A stretch of DNA of 64,000 nucleotides, the filler included, from Globobulimina sp. (taxonomy: Eukaryota), in NCBI GenBank assembly GCA_003354225.1. It is 11 parts of 11 records of this genome, joined end to end, with 100 filler letters (N's around TTAATTAATTAA, not from the genome) between each part and the next. Parts side by side here need not be neighbours in the genome. Positions count along the whole stretch, not along the records: positions 29,387 to 35,147 come from PIVH01000447.1; positions 35,248 to 41,001 come from PIVH01000448.1; positions 41,102 to 46,851 come from PIVH01000449.1; 8 more parts are not named here. The stretch is one strand, 5' to 3'. The notes below the pieces were generated by a model. That model was not told where the DNA came from, did no database searches, and saw only the letters and a list, made by a program, of their open reading frames with translations. The translations under genes were made by a program, and so were the position numbers. Shown in pieces: positions 32,900 to 45,698 of this stretch (positions are counted from its first letter, which is position 1; the number at the start of each line of letters is the position of its first letter).

Positions 32900-34516
32900 T
32901 TATACTGACAGGTCAACAAATGCATCATAATCGCATTCTGATCTTGATTGAGAAGAAGAAGAAGAATAAGAGCTTGCGTCAGCGTCAGCGTCACTGCTGG
33001 AATAATCAGTTTTATTATGATGTAAATTCCAATGACTTTTAAATGTACTTTTGGAGCTATAACCAGCATAACCTTGACTTTTACAATTATCTACATCTGC
33101 AATATTACACTTATATGGATAATCCTTTGTATGCGATGCAATATGAGTTATAAAGTCAGCACAACCCCTTGACGTTTTATCTTTGCATCCAAAATCACAG
33201 TGTAACCATGTTTTTAATGCATTATTATCATAATGTTGTTTAATATGCTGTCCATATTGACAAATATCATCAAAATGTTGCTTACAAATATGACAATTAA
33301 TTGATACGTAATAACTATTTTCAAAATCATGATGAATTTTTTTATGTGTTTTATTAATAACTTTTGTCGGTTTCGGTGTATTATTTTTCTGTTTACATGT
33401 TTTAGCTTTTATTGGTTTATGTGCAAATTGTTTAACTTTTACCGGTTTAGTTATAGGTGTTTTATCTGCATTTTTTTGTTTTTTCCAATGTCTCTCCCAA
33501 TGTTTCTTCATATTATTTTTTGTACCGATTGATGTTTGACACTTTTGTCCATTAACTACAACATGACATTTAAATGGTTTTTCATCTGTAAGATGTTGAG
33601 AAATATGTGACATAAAATCTGCATCATGACAAAATGTTGTGTGTCTTTTACATCCCAAGTCACATTCCTTCCATTTTTTATTTGGATCATTATCATAATG
33701 TGTTTTCAAATGATTTCTATATTCATCAATGACATCAAAATGTTGCCGACAAATATGACAATGTACTGATACATGATAACTATCCTCAAATTCTGCATAT
33801 TTTGAACTGTGTGTTGTTTGCAATACACATTCTTCATCGATATCACTATGGCTATCAATGCACAGCTCCTTCCTGGACTTCTTCTTTGTTACTTTATGTT
33901 GCAATGTTATTTGATTTGTATCATTAGCAATGGGTTTCTTCCTAACTCTAAATATTGATCGATATCTACGATTATGAATACTATGATTGTTAAATTCGTC
34001 TGATTTATTTGCAATTGTATTATTACTATGGTTCTGTGGCGGTGGCTGTGACTGTGACGACAATGTCATATCATTTATTGTTTTATCATTGTCACTATTA
34101 ATTTTCTGGAGATTATCATTTGATATTTGCTGTAACTGTGAACATAATTTTATGATTTGCGTTTTCCATTTGTTTGCTTCGTTTTTATATGTATTGAATT
34201 CATGTTTGTAATCATTTTTTTCTTTTGTTAATTGATTAATTTTTTCTTGTAATTCATTATTTTCTTTTTTTAACAATTTGTTTGATTCAAGCAATGCATT
34301 TAATTTCCTCTTTTTCCTATGACTATGTGCTTCATTCTGATTATTGCCATCGTCGAATTTTCTTTTTCTCAGAGTGGACTGATTTGTTATCGTACTAATA
34401 ACTGGCATGGCAATCATCTGATTATTGGTTTCGATATTTGAATATTTGCGTTTCTTTCTAACCGTTTTGGATTTAATCCTTTTTGACGATTCTTGAGCGG
34501 ATTGTGAGTCAGCCAT
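32900..34516 (-). CDS. C2H2 zinc-finger protein with N-terminal coiled coil and a duplicated three-finger block
   Basis: CHICRQHF...HLKTH and HISQHLTDEKPFKC; second block CHICKQHF...HIKQH and HIASHTKDYPYKC; basic NLS-like tracts. Confidence 0.85.
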   Translation of the reverse strand: MADSQSAQESSKRIKSKTVRKKRKYSNIETNNQMIAMPVISTITNQSTLRKRKFDDGNNQNEAHSHRKKRKLNALLESNKLLKKENNELQEKINQLTKEKNDYKHEFNTYKNEANKWKTQIIKLCSQLQQISNDNLQKINSDNDKTINDMTLSSQSQPPPQNHSNNTIANKSDEFNNHSIHNRRYRSIFRVRKKPIANDTNQITLQHKVTKKKSRKELCIDSHSDIDEECVLQTTHSSKYAEFEDSYHVSVHCHICRQHFDVIDEYRNHLKTHYDNDPNKKWKECDLGCKRHTTFCHDADFMSHISQHLTDEKPFKCHVVVNGQKCQTSIGTKNNMKKHWERHWKKQKNADKTPITKPVKVKQFAHKPIKAKTCKQKNNTPKPTKVINKTHKKIHHDFENSYYVSINCHICKQHFDDICQYGQHIKQHYDNNALKTWLHCDFGCKDKTSRGCADFITHIASHTKDYPYKCNIADVDNCKSQGYAGYSSKSTFKSHWNLHHNKTDYSSSDADADASSYSSSSSQSRSECDYDAFVDLSV

Positions 34517-34761
34517 TTAAAGAGTTTTTCTATTTATTAAACCTTGATTTTGCGATAACTAGCCCACCTCGTGAAAAACTATCGATTTCAGCGGATCGAA
34601 AATTCACCTTTATATTCATATGTAGTGTCAAAAAGATTTGATGCGCAGATAACTAATGTACTTTATCTTGTTTTATGCAAAAACAGAACAAAAATCGTTA
34701 TTACTATAACTGGAAATATTACTAGTTTATGAGTCCAAATGAATGGAAATCATTGCAATAT

Positions 34762-35147
34762 TTACATGGCGTCATATTTCAAATAACATTTCCGAAATGT
34801 TTTTAATTTCCGATGCCGTTTGACGATGTATTGAATGTGATTTTTACCAAAAGCAGCAAAATGAAGGATAAATGGTTGGTATGTTTTGTTTTTCTCATTT
34901 TTTTTTGCCCATTTCCATTGCCCATACAATAAATTAATTTTAATTTGAGGAATCATTGCAGAATGTTTGCGTATATTTTTGGCCAAATAATTATTATGTA
35001 TATACATGCAATGTTCTTCATTGTCTATAATATATGCTCTGTCTCTGAAATTTTCGATAACTTTATGCAATTTTTTCTCGCGCTTTAATGTTTTGCTCAA
35101 TGCATTGTAACTATCATTCCAATTATTGTACAAAAACGGATCATATC
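34762..35147 (-). CDS. 3' fragment of a probable glycosyltransferase (GT34-like C-terminus)
   Basis: MIPQIKINL...PFILHFAAFGK resembles the D/P-F-I-x-H-F-A-G end motif; cut by spacer. Confidence 0.35.
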
Positions 35148-35580
35148 NNNNNNNNNNNNNNNNNNNNNNNNNNNNNNNNNNNNNNNNNNNNTTAATTAAT
35201 TAANNNNNNNNNNNNNNNNNNNNNNNNNNNNNNNNNNNNNNNNNNNNCCAACAACAAACATTTGTGAATTTTGACATATTTTTTAATTTTGTTTGCGAGT
35301 CTTTGAAAATCAATTATTAGGAGTTATAAAGTATAATATAGTGTATTTTTAGAATTATGAGTAATAAAGTGTGAAATTATAAGTTTTCATAATCAGAGTT
35401 TGTTTGTGTCATGATTCAAATCATGATATCTCCGATTGTCCTCTAAATATTATATAGATCACATTTTTTTAGCGTTGGAATAGCAGTTTTGGGTGGCGGG
35501 TGGTGTTGGTGTTGGTGGGTTTTTCTATGAATATTTTGATTTGTGTTGTTTCCTTTGTTGTTTTACTTTGATTTTCGATA

Positions 35581-35722
35581 TGGTCTACCATCCGGGCTCT
35601 CGCAAGTTCCGCAGTTATATGCACGACCGATGCAAGGTGCACATATATCGGCTGTTGCAGAGCAAAAAGACGGTGTCGGTCAGTGATATCTGCAAAGACT
35701 TTCCCCGTTGGAGACTGATGAT
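35581..35722 (+). repeat. Dispersed near-identical copy of TAF1 coding sequence 39588-39727
   Basis: Direct comparison gives 4 substitutions plus a 2-nt CC insertion over 140 bp. Confidence 0.95.
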
Positions 35723-35793
35723 AGTTTTTAACATTTATACTTATATAAGCAGCTACATTTAAATTAATTCACTATAAACACAATGATTTTAAT

Positions 35794-36777
35794 TTACTCT
35801 AAATTTTGCAATATTGTTTGCAAACGAATTTTCCAGTGATTTCCAGTGTATATTTCAACAATATGCACATATTCAAGAACAATAAATAAAGCCATTAATC
35901 GTATCACAGAATCTGGAACAAATTTATTCTCACAAAATTCTGTTAATTTCCAAATACTGCGAATATATCCAAACACCAAACATTCCAATTCCATTACATT
36001 GCCATTCAAACAAACACAAACAAAATCATATGTAGCTGGACTTACAATTTTACTTTTTTTACATTGCATCGTTTCTATATTTAAAATATGGATATTATGC
36101 TTTTTAACAATATCTGCACTTATATCAATCCCTGTTAATACAACAACTTTTTCATCAATACTTAAAGCACTGCATTTTGCTGACATTAAAGTGGTTCCAT
36201 TATCAATCTCTTTGACTAATTTATATTTTCTTTGTTTAATATCACATAAATATACATTCGTATTACAACTAAAATAACCATACTCCAAACATAAGGCAGT
36301 ATTTCTGGATTTGAGATGAAACCATTTAGTGTTTATCTGCTGGTTGAATGCAAATCTTTCATCAAATACATTTTCTACATCATTCCAAATTAAATGTTCA
36401 AAATCACCAATTACATGCAATTCGCCATTAACAAACAAACCGGAATCATGTAATACATCAATATCTTTAACAGTTAATACTTTGTTGCTATTTATATCAA
36501 TTTTAATCATAGTTTTACCAGATAGGATATATAATTTTTGATTCTTTTGATCGAATCCAAATGAAAAAGATATAGAAACTTCCCATTCTGATTGTGTTTC
36601 AATCCATTTAATCCATTCATTTTTATCAACATTATATTTATAAATATAATAATCTGGTTTGCCACAGAACTCTTTCTCAAATAATGCAAATTCTTTGTTA
36701 TTGAGTGGAATAATGTGATCTCCTGTGGACGTGGAATAATACAAATCTTCATTAATATATAATGGATATGACGGCAA
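35794..36777 (-). CDS. Kelch-like beta-propeller protein
   Basis: Beta-strand repeats (IYKYNVDKNEWIKW, KLYILSG, ELHVIG); C-terminal LVFGYIR...PDSVIRLMALF...EYVHIV...NHWKI. No clear ATG near the ORF start. Confidence 0.55.
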   Translation of the reverse strand: MPSYPLYINEDLYYSTSTGDHIIPLNNKEFALFEKEFCGKPDYYIYKYNVDKNEWIKWIETQSEWEVSISFSFGFDQKNQKLYILSGKTMIKIDINSNKVLTVKDIDVLHDSGLFVNGELHVIGDFEHLIWNDVENVFDERFAFNQQINTKWFHLKSRNTALCLEYGYFSCNTNVYLCDIKQRKYKLVKEIDNGTTLMSAKCSALSIDEKVVVLTGIDISADIVKKHNIHILNIETMQCKKSKIVSPATYDFVCVCLNGNVMELECLVFGYIRSIWKLTEFCENKFVPDSVIRLMALFIVLEYVHIVEIYTGNHWKIRLQTILQNLE

Positions 36778-36893
36778 TTGAATCCAGTTTATCCATCCAG
36801 TATTTTTAATTAGAAACTTTTGCTGCCGTAGTATAAAAGCATACAGCGTTGGGATTTAGCACTGCAGCCATGACCTAGCTAGTTTTTTTTTAG

Positions 36894-39800
36894 ATGAAAA
36901 GTGTTTCAGCCATGTCTGATGATGCAGACACCTCTGATGATGACGATTTCTTTGGCGATGGAGATAATGTAGGTTCCCCTGCAGGAATCTTTGGCTTTTT
37001 ACCCAAACAAACATCAGATTCGTTGAATGATGAAGAGGAATTATTGCCAGATGCTGCTCAGGTTTTGTTTTGTTTTAATTTATTTTATTTCTAATGTTCT
37101 TGGCCCGCAATATAACAACAACACAGTACAACCATTCAACATACATGGCACCATCCGATGCAATCACCGCCAATCAATTATTAACATCACACGAATCCAT
37201 ATCGGCCTACAAACTGCAAAAAAGTGTTAAAATCGCAGAGAATGCTCCCATTTTATTCGCAGATATAAAAAACAACAATGAGCCAATCATCGATTACAAC
37301 AAATTGTTATCCACCGTCGATATCGACTTACCACAATCGATCATCTTATACCTTTCCAATGCGGACCACGCCAAATTATATCAAAAAAGTACAGCAGACC
37401 ACAACGACGACGACGATGATGATTTATTGTCTGAGTCTTTGTGGCAAAAAGAATTCGAAAAGAAAGCGCAACTCACAAAGCAGAGAGTGCTGCAAAACAA
37501 CAATGAAACATATAAGAATTTGAAATTTGAATTTGATAAATATCACAAATTGGAGCTAAACGATATAACAAAGGCGGAGCTGGACAAACTAGTCAATAAT
37601 AACTGTGAGGAAAGCATTAAAATAAAACAAAACAATGGTTTTCAAAACGTAGCGCAACAATTAAAAAACACAAATCCTGCCTTATTTATAACGGATAATA
37701 TGGCTAAAAATGGTTTGAACAACGCACAAAATGCACGTTTAAGACACTTATTAATGACACAAAATCTGCTGCGACTCACCGGGTATAACGACAACGACGA
37801 ATGTGAATTATTAGCAGTGGACCCTCAAAACATCAAAACCAACGACATTGAGTTGGATGTCTCGCATTTATTGGAACGCATTCAATGTGATTTTGATGAT
37901 GAAATAATTATTGATGACAACCCAGATATTGATAACAGCGAATCGAGTGAGAAGGACACTGACATTGAGATGTCAGCCATTGTCGAAGCAAACCACTGCC
38001 CCAAAGCCGACTGCATTGAGCTGGAAACGGTCAAACCCAAATTGAATAATGACTCATTTTTAAGGGCTAAGTATCAAACCAGACAGAAAATGGATGCGTT
38101 CCAACCAAAGGGCAGTGTGTGTGGGAAACGCAAGCATCGAGATAGAGACTGCGAGTCTTTGCTATTGCAGTCTGTGAAGAGACGCAGAGTGCAACATAAC
38201 AGCATCACATTTAACATCCAAACGGATTTGAGGCGGTATGAACAGCTGGTTTTGCACCAAAATGACAGCGATAAGAATGGTAACAGCAAGGAGGAAGACG
38301 ATGATTTGGAATTGTTGTTACCTGCGGATGTGGAGAATGATGTGGCTATGGATGGCGAGGATGGCTATGATGAGGATGCGATTGGCGATGATTTGTTTGA
38401 TATGATGCCGGATTTTGAGGAGGAATGGAATGGGAATAATGAGAAAGCATTTGGCATTGTGGAGGATGTGGTGGCTGAGCAGCAGCAAAGTGAGGTTGAG
38501 GCAAAAATGGATGATGAGACACAACAAAAGCAACAGAAACAGGCGTTGCCGCTATTAAAATGTGCGCAGAATAACAGTTCAATTTGGCCAAATAGGTATT
38601 GTCCCATTTTATGATTGTGGTTGCAAACTGTTTTGGCATTGTTGTGGAACTAAAAAAATAGGAATGGAGAGTATGAGAGTTGTGAATGGTTGGATTCTGT
38701 CATTATTTCTGACAAAATCGCGCCCAAAAAAGAAATGAATACCAATTTAATCATCGATTTGAATGATCACCGCATGGAATGGACCGAGGACTTTATCAAA
38801 AACCTCAACAAATATAAAAATGAAAGGAATGAGGACACAAAGGAGAAGTCGCAAAGTGTGGAGAGCTTATTCAGTGCGAAAAGATGGAACTTATCCAACG
38901 ATGATCAGTATACATTTACAGACATTTCCGTGGCACAAAAGCGCAATTTACACACTCCGATGGCTTATAATTTGGACAAGGAAATCTTTCCACAGATTGC
39001 CAATATCGATGAATGGGTCGGTTTGCATCGGAAACCTATAAAGTTGGACGAAGAGAGCACAAATTCCAAGCACATTAAGATCATACTAAGCGGCAAAAAC
39101 AAGGTCAAAAACCAGAGAATGGAGGATATTCGACATAAATATAGCATGTATATACCGAAAAACTGGAGCGAATTAAGTGCAGTCCAGGACAGAATTATAT
39201 TGCTAGAATACCTGGAAGAATATCCATTAATTATTCAGTCCACCGGAATGACCTCAAACATTACCACTTTGTACAGGAAATCGGCGCAGGAATACGAGCA
39301 AAACCTGCGTGCTCCGGATATCATGGTCGATGACGGCACGGTGAAGTTTTTGAACCCAAAGGAAAAGTCTCCATTGTTGGGAGCACCGCGACAGACGAAA
39401 TGGGTCACCATATTGGAAAATAAATTGTATGTCGCGCCCATTCGATCGCACAGCAAAACTTTGAATATCAACAATGACGACAAGTTGCGCGGCAATAACT
39501 TGTTTTTGTTGGTGGGCAACAACCACACTTACTTTATCCGGAAGGTCGACGCCGTGTTCGCTGTGGGACAGATCCAGCCGAGACAGGTGGTCTACCATCC
39601 GGGCTCTCGCAAGTTCCGCAGTTATATGCACGACCGCTGCAAGGTGCACATATATCGGCTGCTGCAGAGCAAAAAGACGGTGTCGGTCAGCGATATCTGC
39701 AAAGACTTTCCGTTGGAAACTGATGATGCCATAAAAGAGACTTTGCGCACAGTGGCAGAACACGATAAGACCATAGGTCTGTTTTGTCTGTATTTGCTGC

Positions 39801-41001
39801 TTTGAGTGTTTTTGTATGTGTTTTGATGGCCAAAGGTGGTGGATATTGGCACCGTAAATCAGATTTTTTATCCAATTCGAGTGCCTTGGAAATACAGGAA
39901 ATGGTGTCTCCGGAGCAGGAAGTTCTGCGCCAGATCTTTATGAATTGTTATTGCCGCTTATATAATGGAGGCATATCGCCGCATTTGATAGGCGGAACAC
40001 GCGGTGGTGGCTGGAAGAGAGTGCTCAAAAATTTAGTGTTCAACAAAGATTTATTGGACAATATGTACGAAATGAAGAAGGAGTTGGAACGAGACATCAT
40101 CGCATACGATAAGGAAAAATCTGCGGTGGATAATATTATGGATACGCTATTATTAAAAGAGAAGAACTCAAAAGCTTTGACCTTGACCGCATTGCTTTTG
40201 ATTGAAGAGCTCTTATTTTGTACTTCGTGGTATATTTCTGATCAGTTTTTGCGTTGTTATCGTGGCGAAGGTGAGATGCAATTGAATGGCTACGGCAATC
40301 CCTTCAAAAATGGCGAGGGGTTCAATTATTTGCGCGATAAAGACAAAACATCGTCGGAAGCCATCAAATTAATGGTAGCTTCTGCAGGAAATCGGGCGAA
40401 TACTAAGTCTGATTTTCGTCGCATGCCGATGCAGAAAGCAATTGAAATACTAAAAAAAAGGTATTTAGTGCCGGACGCTGTGGTGGAAAAGTTAGATCGA
40501 CGTAAAATTATGGAGCTGCTGCAGAAAAAATCACGCGATGCGTTGTCTGCAGGCTCGCAAAACAAAACTGCATTAAGGTATAGTTTGTGTGCTTTATTCA
40601 GATGAACAATAATATGAATATTATATACAAACCATGCAAAGATATGCGAGGTTGACGGGGAGCAGGAAGACGTTTGCCAGACAACAGTACGCCAAAAAAA
40701 TGAAGAGATTGATGAAGCAGCATTTGTTAATGTTGCGTGGCAATATCCGTCAACACGACAATGACGATGCAAACAATGAGAATCCGAATGATATGGTGGC
40801 GGATTTGGAGGATCTGATGGAGGCTGACAATGAGAGTGACAACGACAGCCACTCCATGTCGCCGAGTCGCAGTGTCAGCGCTGGGGCCACGGCGCCGCGA
40901 CAAAGGAAGAAAAAGAAGAAATTGGTCAAGCGATACAAGTTACGATATACGTATTGCTACAATGAGCAGATAACCGGCGAGCGGAAGAAGGAACAAATGT
41001 A
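36894..41001 (+). CDS. TAF1: TFIID subunit 1, multi-exon, 3' truncated
   Basis: DUF3591-region motifs DLNDHRM, WNLSNDDQY, ILLEYLEEYPLI...GM, SPLLG, LENKLYVAPI, FAVGQIQP, PGSRK; later SWYISDQF, LNGYGNP..NGEGFNYLR and DFRRMPM. Confidence 0.92.
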
Positions 41002-41117
41002 NNNNNNNNNNNNNNNNNNNNNNNNNNNNNNNNNNNNNNNNNNNNTTAATTAATTAANNNNNNNNNNNNNNNNNNNNNNNNNNNNNNNNNNNNNNNNNNN
41101 NTATATCGTTGAAGTAA

Positions 41118-41606
41118 TTATATTTTATCAAATAACAAGTCTTTTTGCTGATGGAATTTATATTTTCTATAAAATTCATCAAATCCACCTTCTAATACAA
41201 GTATTGTTTGTTTTTGATTGGTTTTATTTTTGCAATATAATTGAGCACATTGTGGTCCTCGAAAGTACGAAAACATGCAATGAAAGATGACTATTTCCGA
41301 TTCTTTAACATTTGACAGATTGACAATTTTATCTATGTTTTGTTTAAATTTATGAATTGGATAATTAATGGCATTTTTTATTTTTAAACCATCACGTTTG
41401 AAATCAACATCCCGAACATCAATTATAATAAATTGTTTCACTTCCAATGCATCAGCATTCAATATCCAATTAAATAATTTATCCGCAAAAATATATTGCC
41501 ATAATTTATGTTTGTGATATTCTTCTTCTTCTTCTTCAGTTTCTTGCTCCCACTCATCTTGCTTCTCTTCGTGTTTGGTTTCTGTTTGAACAGAAGACAA
41601 TGTCAT
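41118..41606 (-). CDS. Cdc25/Acr2/Ych1-like rhodanese-fold phosphatase or arsenate reductase
   Basis: IIDVRD.DF...IKNAINYP; active-site loop FHCMFSYFRGP (HCx5R); LVLEGGF. Confidence 0.9.
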   Translation of the reverse strand: MTLSSVQTETKHEEKQDEWEQETEEEEEEYHKHKLWQYIFADKLFNWILNADALEVKQFIIIDVRDVDFKRDGLKIKNAINYPIHKFKQNIDKIVNLSNVKESEIVIFHCMFSYFRGPQCAQLYCKNKTNQKQTILVLEGGFDEFYRKYKFHQQKDLLFDKI

Positions 41607-41672
41607 GCTCAATTACGTTCCGTGATATAAAATACAAAAAACTCAGTTTAAGCTCCGCACTTTGGCAGAACA

Positions 41673-43394
41673 ATGTTAGAGCGGGAACTTGAATTAGAAG
41701 AAAAACCTAAACCAAAGCAAGACTCAGTTGAGAGTGCGGAAAGTCAATCAAACAACGAAGAGTTAAATCCTTCATTTCTGATCCGATTCACCGAAACAGT
41801 TAAATTTAAATAACAACAGGCAGCGATTATCGAGCAATAACAGATTCCCTGAAGAGTCCATCCATGGCCATGGAGAAATTGGTGTGCCAACAAAGCACAG
41901 TGGCATTCCTGGTGCGACCATGAATTTTGTTAATTCAATGTATGTATATTAATTATATATATATATATTCTAACAAACATCAAAACAAATTAACAAAAAA
42001 AAGAAGCATCGGGGCAGGCATAATAGGTTTACCGAATGCATTAAGCAAAGGTTTAGTTACATTCGTTTAATGTTTGCAAACACATTACGCTGCACATAAT
42101 CAGCTGGATTTTTCTTTGGTATATTTTTAATGATTGCTGTTGCAATGATGATTGATTACGGTGTCCGACATTTAATTCAATGCGGCTTAAAAATTCGCAA
42201 AAAATCATACGAAGAAACAATGCAAGCCGCATTTGGTAACACTGGCTTTTATTTGGCATCAACGGCAATCTTTGGCTTTGCATTCGGCGCAATGATAATT
42301 TATCATATTGTCATTGGAGATACCATACCAAAAATATTCCAAACGTTATATCCAAACAGTATTTTTTGCAACAGATCATTAGTGGTTGTCTTGTATTCCA
42401 CGGTATTTATGTTTCCATTATCATTATTCAAAAACATGTCGTCTTTGGGCAAAACATCTGCCATTTCATTCGCATGCGTTATTTGTATAGTGCTTACTGT
42501 GACTATTGAAGGAAAACGACTTTCCCCGTATGAGGATTTAAGTGGGTTAAAACCTCAACATTTGTTTATTAATCAACAATGGTTTGCTGCTGCTGGAACC
42601 ATGGCGTTTGCAGTTATGCTTTTTATATTTCTCCTATGCAGATTGCAGAATATCATATATATGATTAATATACAGTTTGTTTGCCATCATAACTCGTTTA
42701 TTGTGTTCAATTCATTGAAAGATAATACAGAAACACGATGGAAGTTCACCACCCATTTATCATTGTTGATATCTGTATTTTGGTCCATGTGGTTGGCTGT
42801 TGCCGGCTTTTTTTGTTTTCAAACGGATACAAAGGGGGATATATTGAATAATTTTGCTTACGATAATACAGTGATTAATTTTACTCGGGGCTTACTTGCG
42901 TTTACTATGGTTTTTACGTATCCAATGGAGTTGGTATGTGACTATGTTTAGTTGCAGTGCGTGAATGACTACATTTTTATGTTTAGTTTGTGGCAAGAAA
43001 TTCAATTTTGCAATCTTTGAAGATGAGGAAAACTGTCAATGTACATAATGAGAGGAAATGGTTTTATTTTATAACTATAATATTATGGTTCTGTTCATTG
43101 TTAATTGGAGCTTTCATCTCTAATTTAGGCGTCGTACTGGAGATTGTTGGGGTTGTTTGTGGCGCCGCAGTCGGTTTTATATTTCCAGGATTGGTATCAT
43201 TGAGAATATTTGGCTGGAACAATTTGAAAGATAAAATGATAGAAACTTATACCAGAGATGTTGTAATAGAGAGAGGTTATTCATGTAAAGATAGATATGT
43301 GGCTGGATGGAACTTTTTATTCCCAATATTTCTGGCGATATTTGGTGCAGTGATAATGATTATGGGTTTAACTGAAATCTTTCTCAATATATGA
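41673..43394 (+). CDS. AAAP/SLC38 (SLC38A11-like) amino acid transporter, multi-exon
   Basis: ATMNFVNS|IGAGIIGLPNAL, FAFGAMIIYHIVIGDTIP, FVCHHNSF, TKGDILNNF, MVFTYPME, FIFPG. Confidence 0.9.
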
Positions 43395-43653
43395 TTCGAG
43401 CACGTACAGATTTTATTCATCATTGATTTAGACTTTTAATTTGCTTGCGCTCTAGTACTGTTTTTAGTATCCATGATACATAAAATATAATTGTTGACAG
43501 AAATTGTCGAAATCCGATCACCAAAAATTAACATGTGACCTGATGGTAGGTGGTCATCTACGACGGGAACTAGCTCGTCGTTGAAATTAATTAATTTAAC
43601 AGAAATATTTTAATGTTTTTTAATACAAAAAAAAAGAGTGACTCGAAAAACAT

Positions 43654-44821
43654 CTAGTACCCGTTCACAGACTCGAGCATACTTGTGACAGTATCTGCTC
43701 CCGTTGTGTTTGACAGCGATTCTTCAGCGCTATCCGTTGTATCCCCAAAATTCACATTTTTATTGTGTTCAGATGTTGAATTGAGTGTAGATGGTATACG
43801 TACATTGACTTTAAAATCCGCACCAATAATATTTCTTTTCTGATATATTTTCAAATTCCTAGTATATCGGTTATAAAACTGAGCATCATTTCTTTGATTC
43901 CAAAACCAAACCACGGCATTGCCCATCCCCAATATAGCAATGCTTAAATGTTGGAACAATACCAACCAATATGGAACACCACCAATTGCCTCCCATATTC
44001 TTTCAATCAAAGGGAAAAATCGAATTATTGTGTAAACAATCACAAAGCGCGACAATTTGATCACAATTTGATAATATTGAAATGAAAAAGCAATAAAAGC
44101 TTTGTATTTTTTAAATTGAATCACTGCAATCAATAATACGCAGTAATGGAACATCAGAGAGGTTGCAATGGCTGCAATGAAGATATATTGGCTCGCTCCA
44201 ACTACCCAGCAATCTTTGTCATGCGCGAGGTCATTTTCTTCATATCCGTCATGAGCTGGCATTAAAAAGGGAGCTATGGAAGCAAGCAATGGTAGCAATA
44301 TCACCAATGTGTAGTGGCATTTTCTTTGTTTATGGATTGTTTGCAACTTACCTCCGCATAATAGGTATCCTGTGGTTGTCAATAAAACATTTATTTATAA
44401 TATTGATAGAGTGAAAAGTACCTAAATGATATGCTAATAATATATGCCATAATGGACTTTGTATGCAGCAGAATTGTGCTGCCACGCCAATGATTGTACA
44501 TTCTGTTTCGTCCCAAAACCAATTGTTGTTATATTTTGAAAGGATTTGAGGGATCCAATTCATTATTATCGGTATCATATGACATCCATCCACAATGCAC
44601 ATCCAATACACTATTATATTCATCATCGTTACTGGCTGCGAGCCATTGTTTTTCGTTGTTGGTAAAAATTGATTGAATTTATCATTTTTTTTATTTCCTT
44701 TACATTGACATGGTGTATATCCCGTTTTTTCAATGGAAATACATACACATATCGATGCTAATAAAGAGCAACATGCTAATAGCACAGTAGGAATTGAAAG
44801 GATAGCTTGATAATCTACCAT
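43654..44821 (-). CDS. 7TM GPCR-like receptor (cAMP-receptor/Git3-like), two exons
   Basis: About seven hydrophobic segments; CTIIGVAAQF, CWV and MGNAVVW motifs; intron 44370-44421. Confidence 0.75.
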
Positions 44822-45068
44822 TATTAAAGTGGTTAATTTTTGTTAATATATATAAAAGTTTTTCCACAAATCACGGAATGACAAGTTTAAGGTTTAAACA
44901 CAACAGAATATACGCATCGTAATATTTATTAATACGACTTTTTTTAGTATGAAAATCTATGTTGTACTCGGACTTACGTCCTGATTGAATTTTGTATCAC
45001 TACTATTGGAGAATGATGTGTTTGCATTCAATCTGACTCAACAAAGTTTAATATATATATTAATTAAT

Positions 45069-45698
45069 TTATTTTTTATATACTATTTTTTCACTTATTT
45101 TTTGTCCATTTGCATAATTTATGCCATTTAATATAATATAATGAACCGTAGGTAAACCAATCCAATTCTCTTTTGTTTGTACAAACATCTCAGTTAAAAT
45201 AGCTCTGACTTTATTGCCTTTGTCATCATCAACAAAACCAAAACATTTCGGATTTCCATCCTTTGGGTCAATTTTTAAAATCGTCGGACGTTCTGTTAAT
45301 GCAGCAAATGTAATTTTGTATTCATTATTCTTTTTATCGCCATGCACTTGCCAGGATATGCCGTATGCCATAGTATTCTCTAAAAATGTCAATTCTGTCC
45401 TATCATCGTTCTTGCCCAATTTACGATGTTTTTCAATGTACGACGGCTCGATTTTTAACCAAAATACGATGATTGGACATTGCGAATCTATTTCTTTTTT
45501 GCCATTCTCATCAATTGTACAATTTGCTTGATACATTACACGATTATCATTTTTTGATCGCTTGCTTTGACATACAATGTCCTCATCAAACAGTAACTTT
45601 TTTGATGCTTCACACATTAAATGCCATCCTGGGCATGTTGGTAGTTTCTCATTTACATGCCTAGAGCTTTTACTAACGCAGTTTATTTTCTGTGACAT
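45069..45698 (-). CDS. Hypothetical protein
   Basis: ORF of about 210 codons with globular composition; no family recognised. Confidence 0.5.
   Translation of the reverse strand: MSQKINCVSKSSRHVNEKLPTCPGWHLMCEASKKLLFDEDIVCQSKRSKNDNRVMYQANCTIDENGKKEIDSQCPIIVFWLKIEPSYIEKHRKLGKNDDRTELTFLENTMAYGISWQVHGDKKNNEYKITFAALTERPTILKIDPKDGNPKCFGFVDDDKGNKVRAILTEMFVQTKENWIGLPTVHYIILNGINYANGQKISEKIVYKK

Noticed and set aside
35493-35762. 89-aa ORF containing TAF1 peptide as a real gene
   Set aside because: GTG start, low-complexity flanks and a frameshift within the copied segment.
35581-39727. TAF1 repeat pair as a DGR template and variable repeat
   Set aside because: Differences are not adenine-specific, are synonymous, and no linked RT is on this contig.
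43536-43590. Two GC-rich hairpins with CTGATG and GAAA as a hammerhead ribozyme
   Set aside because: The core reads CTGATGG rather than CTGANGA and the three-stem topology cannot be built.
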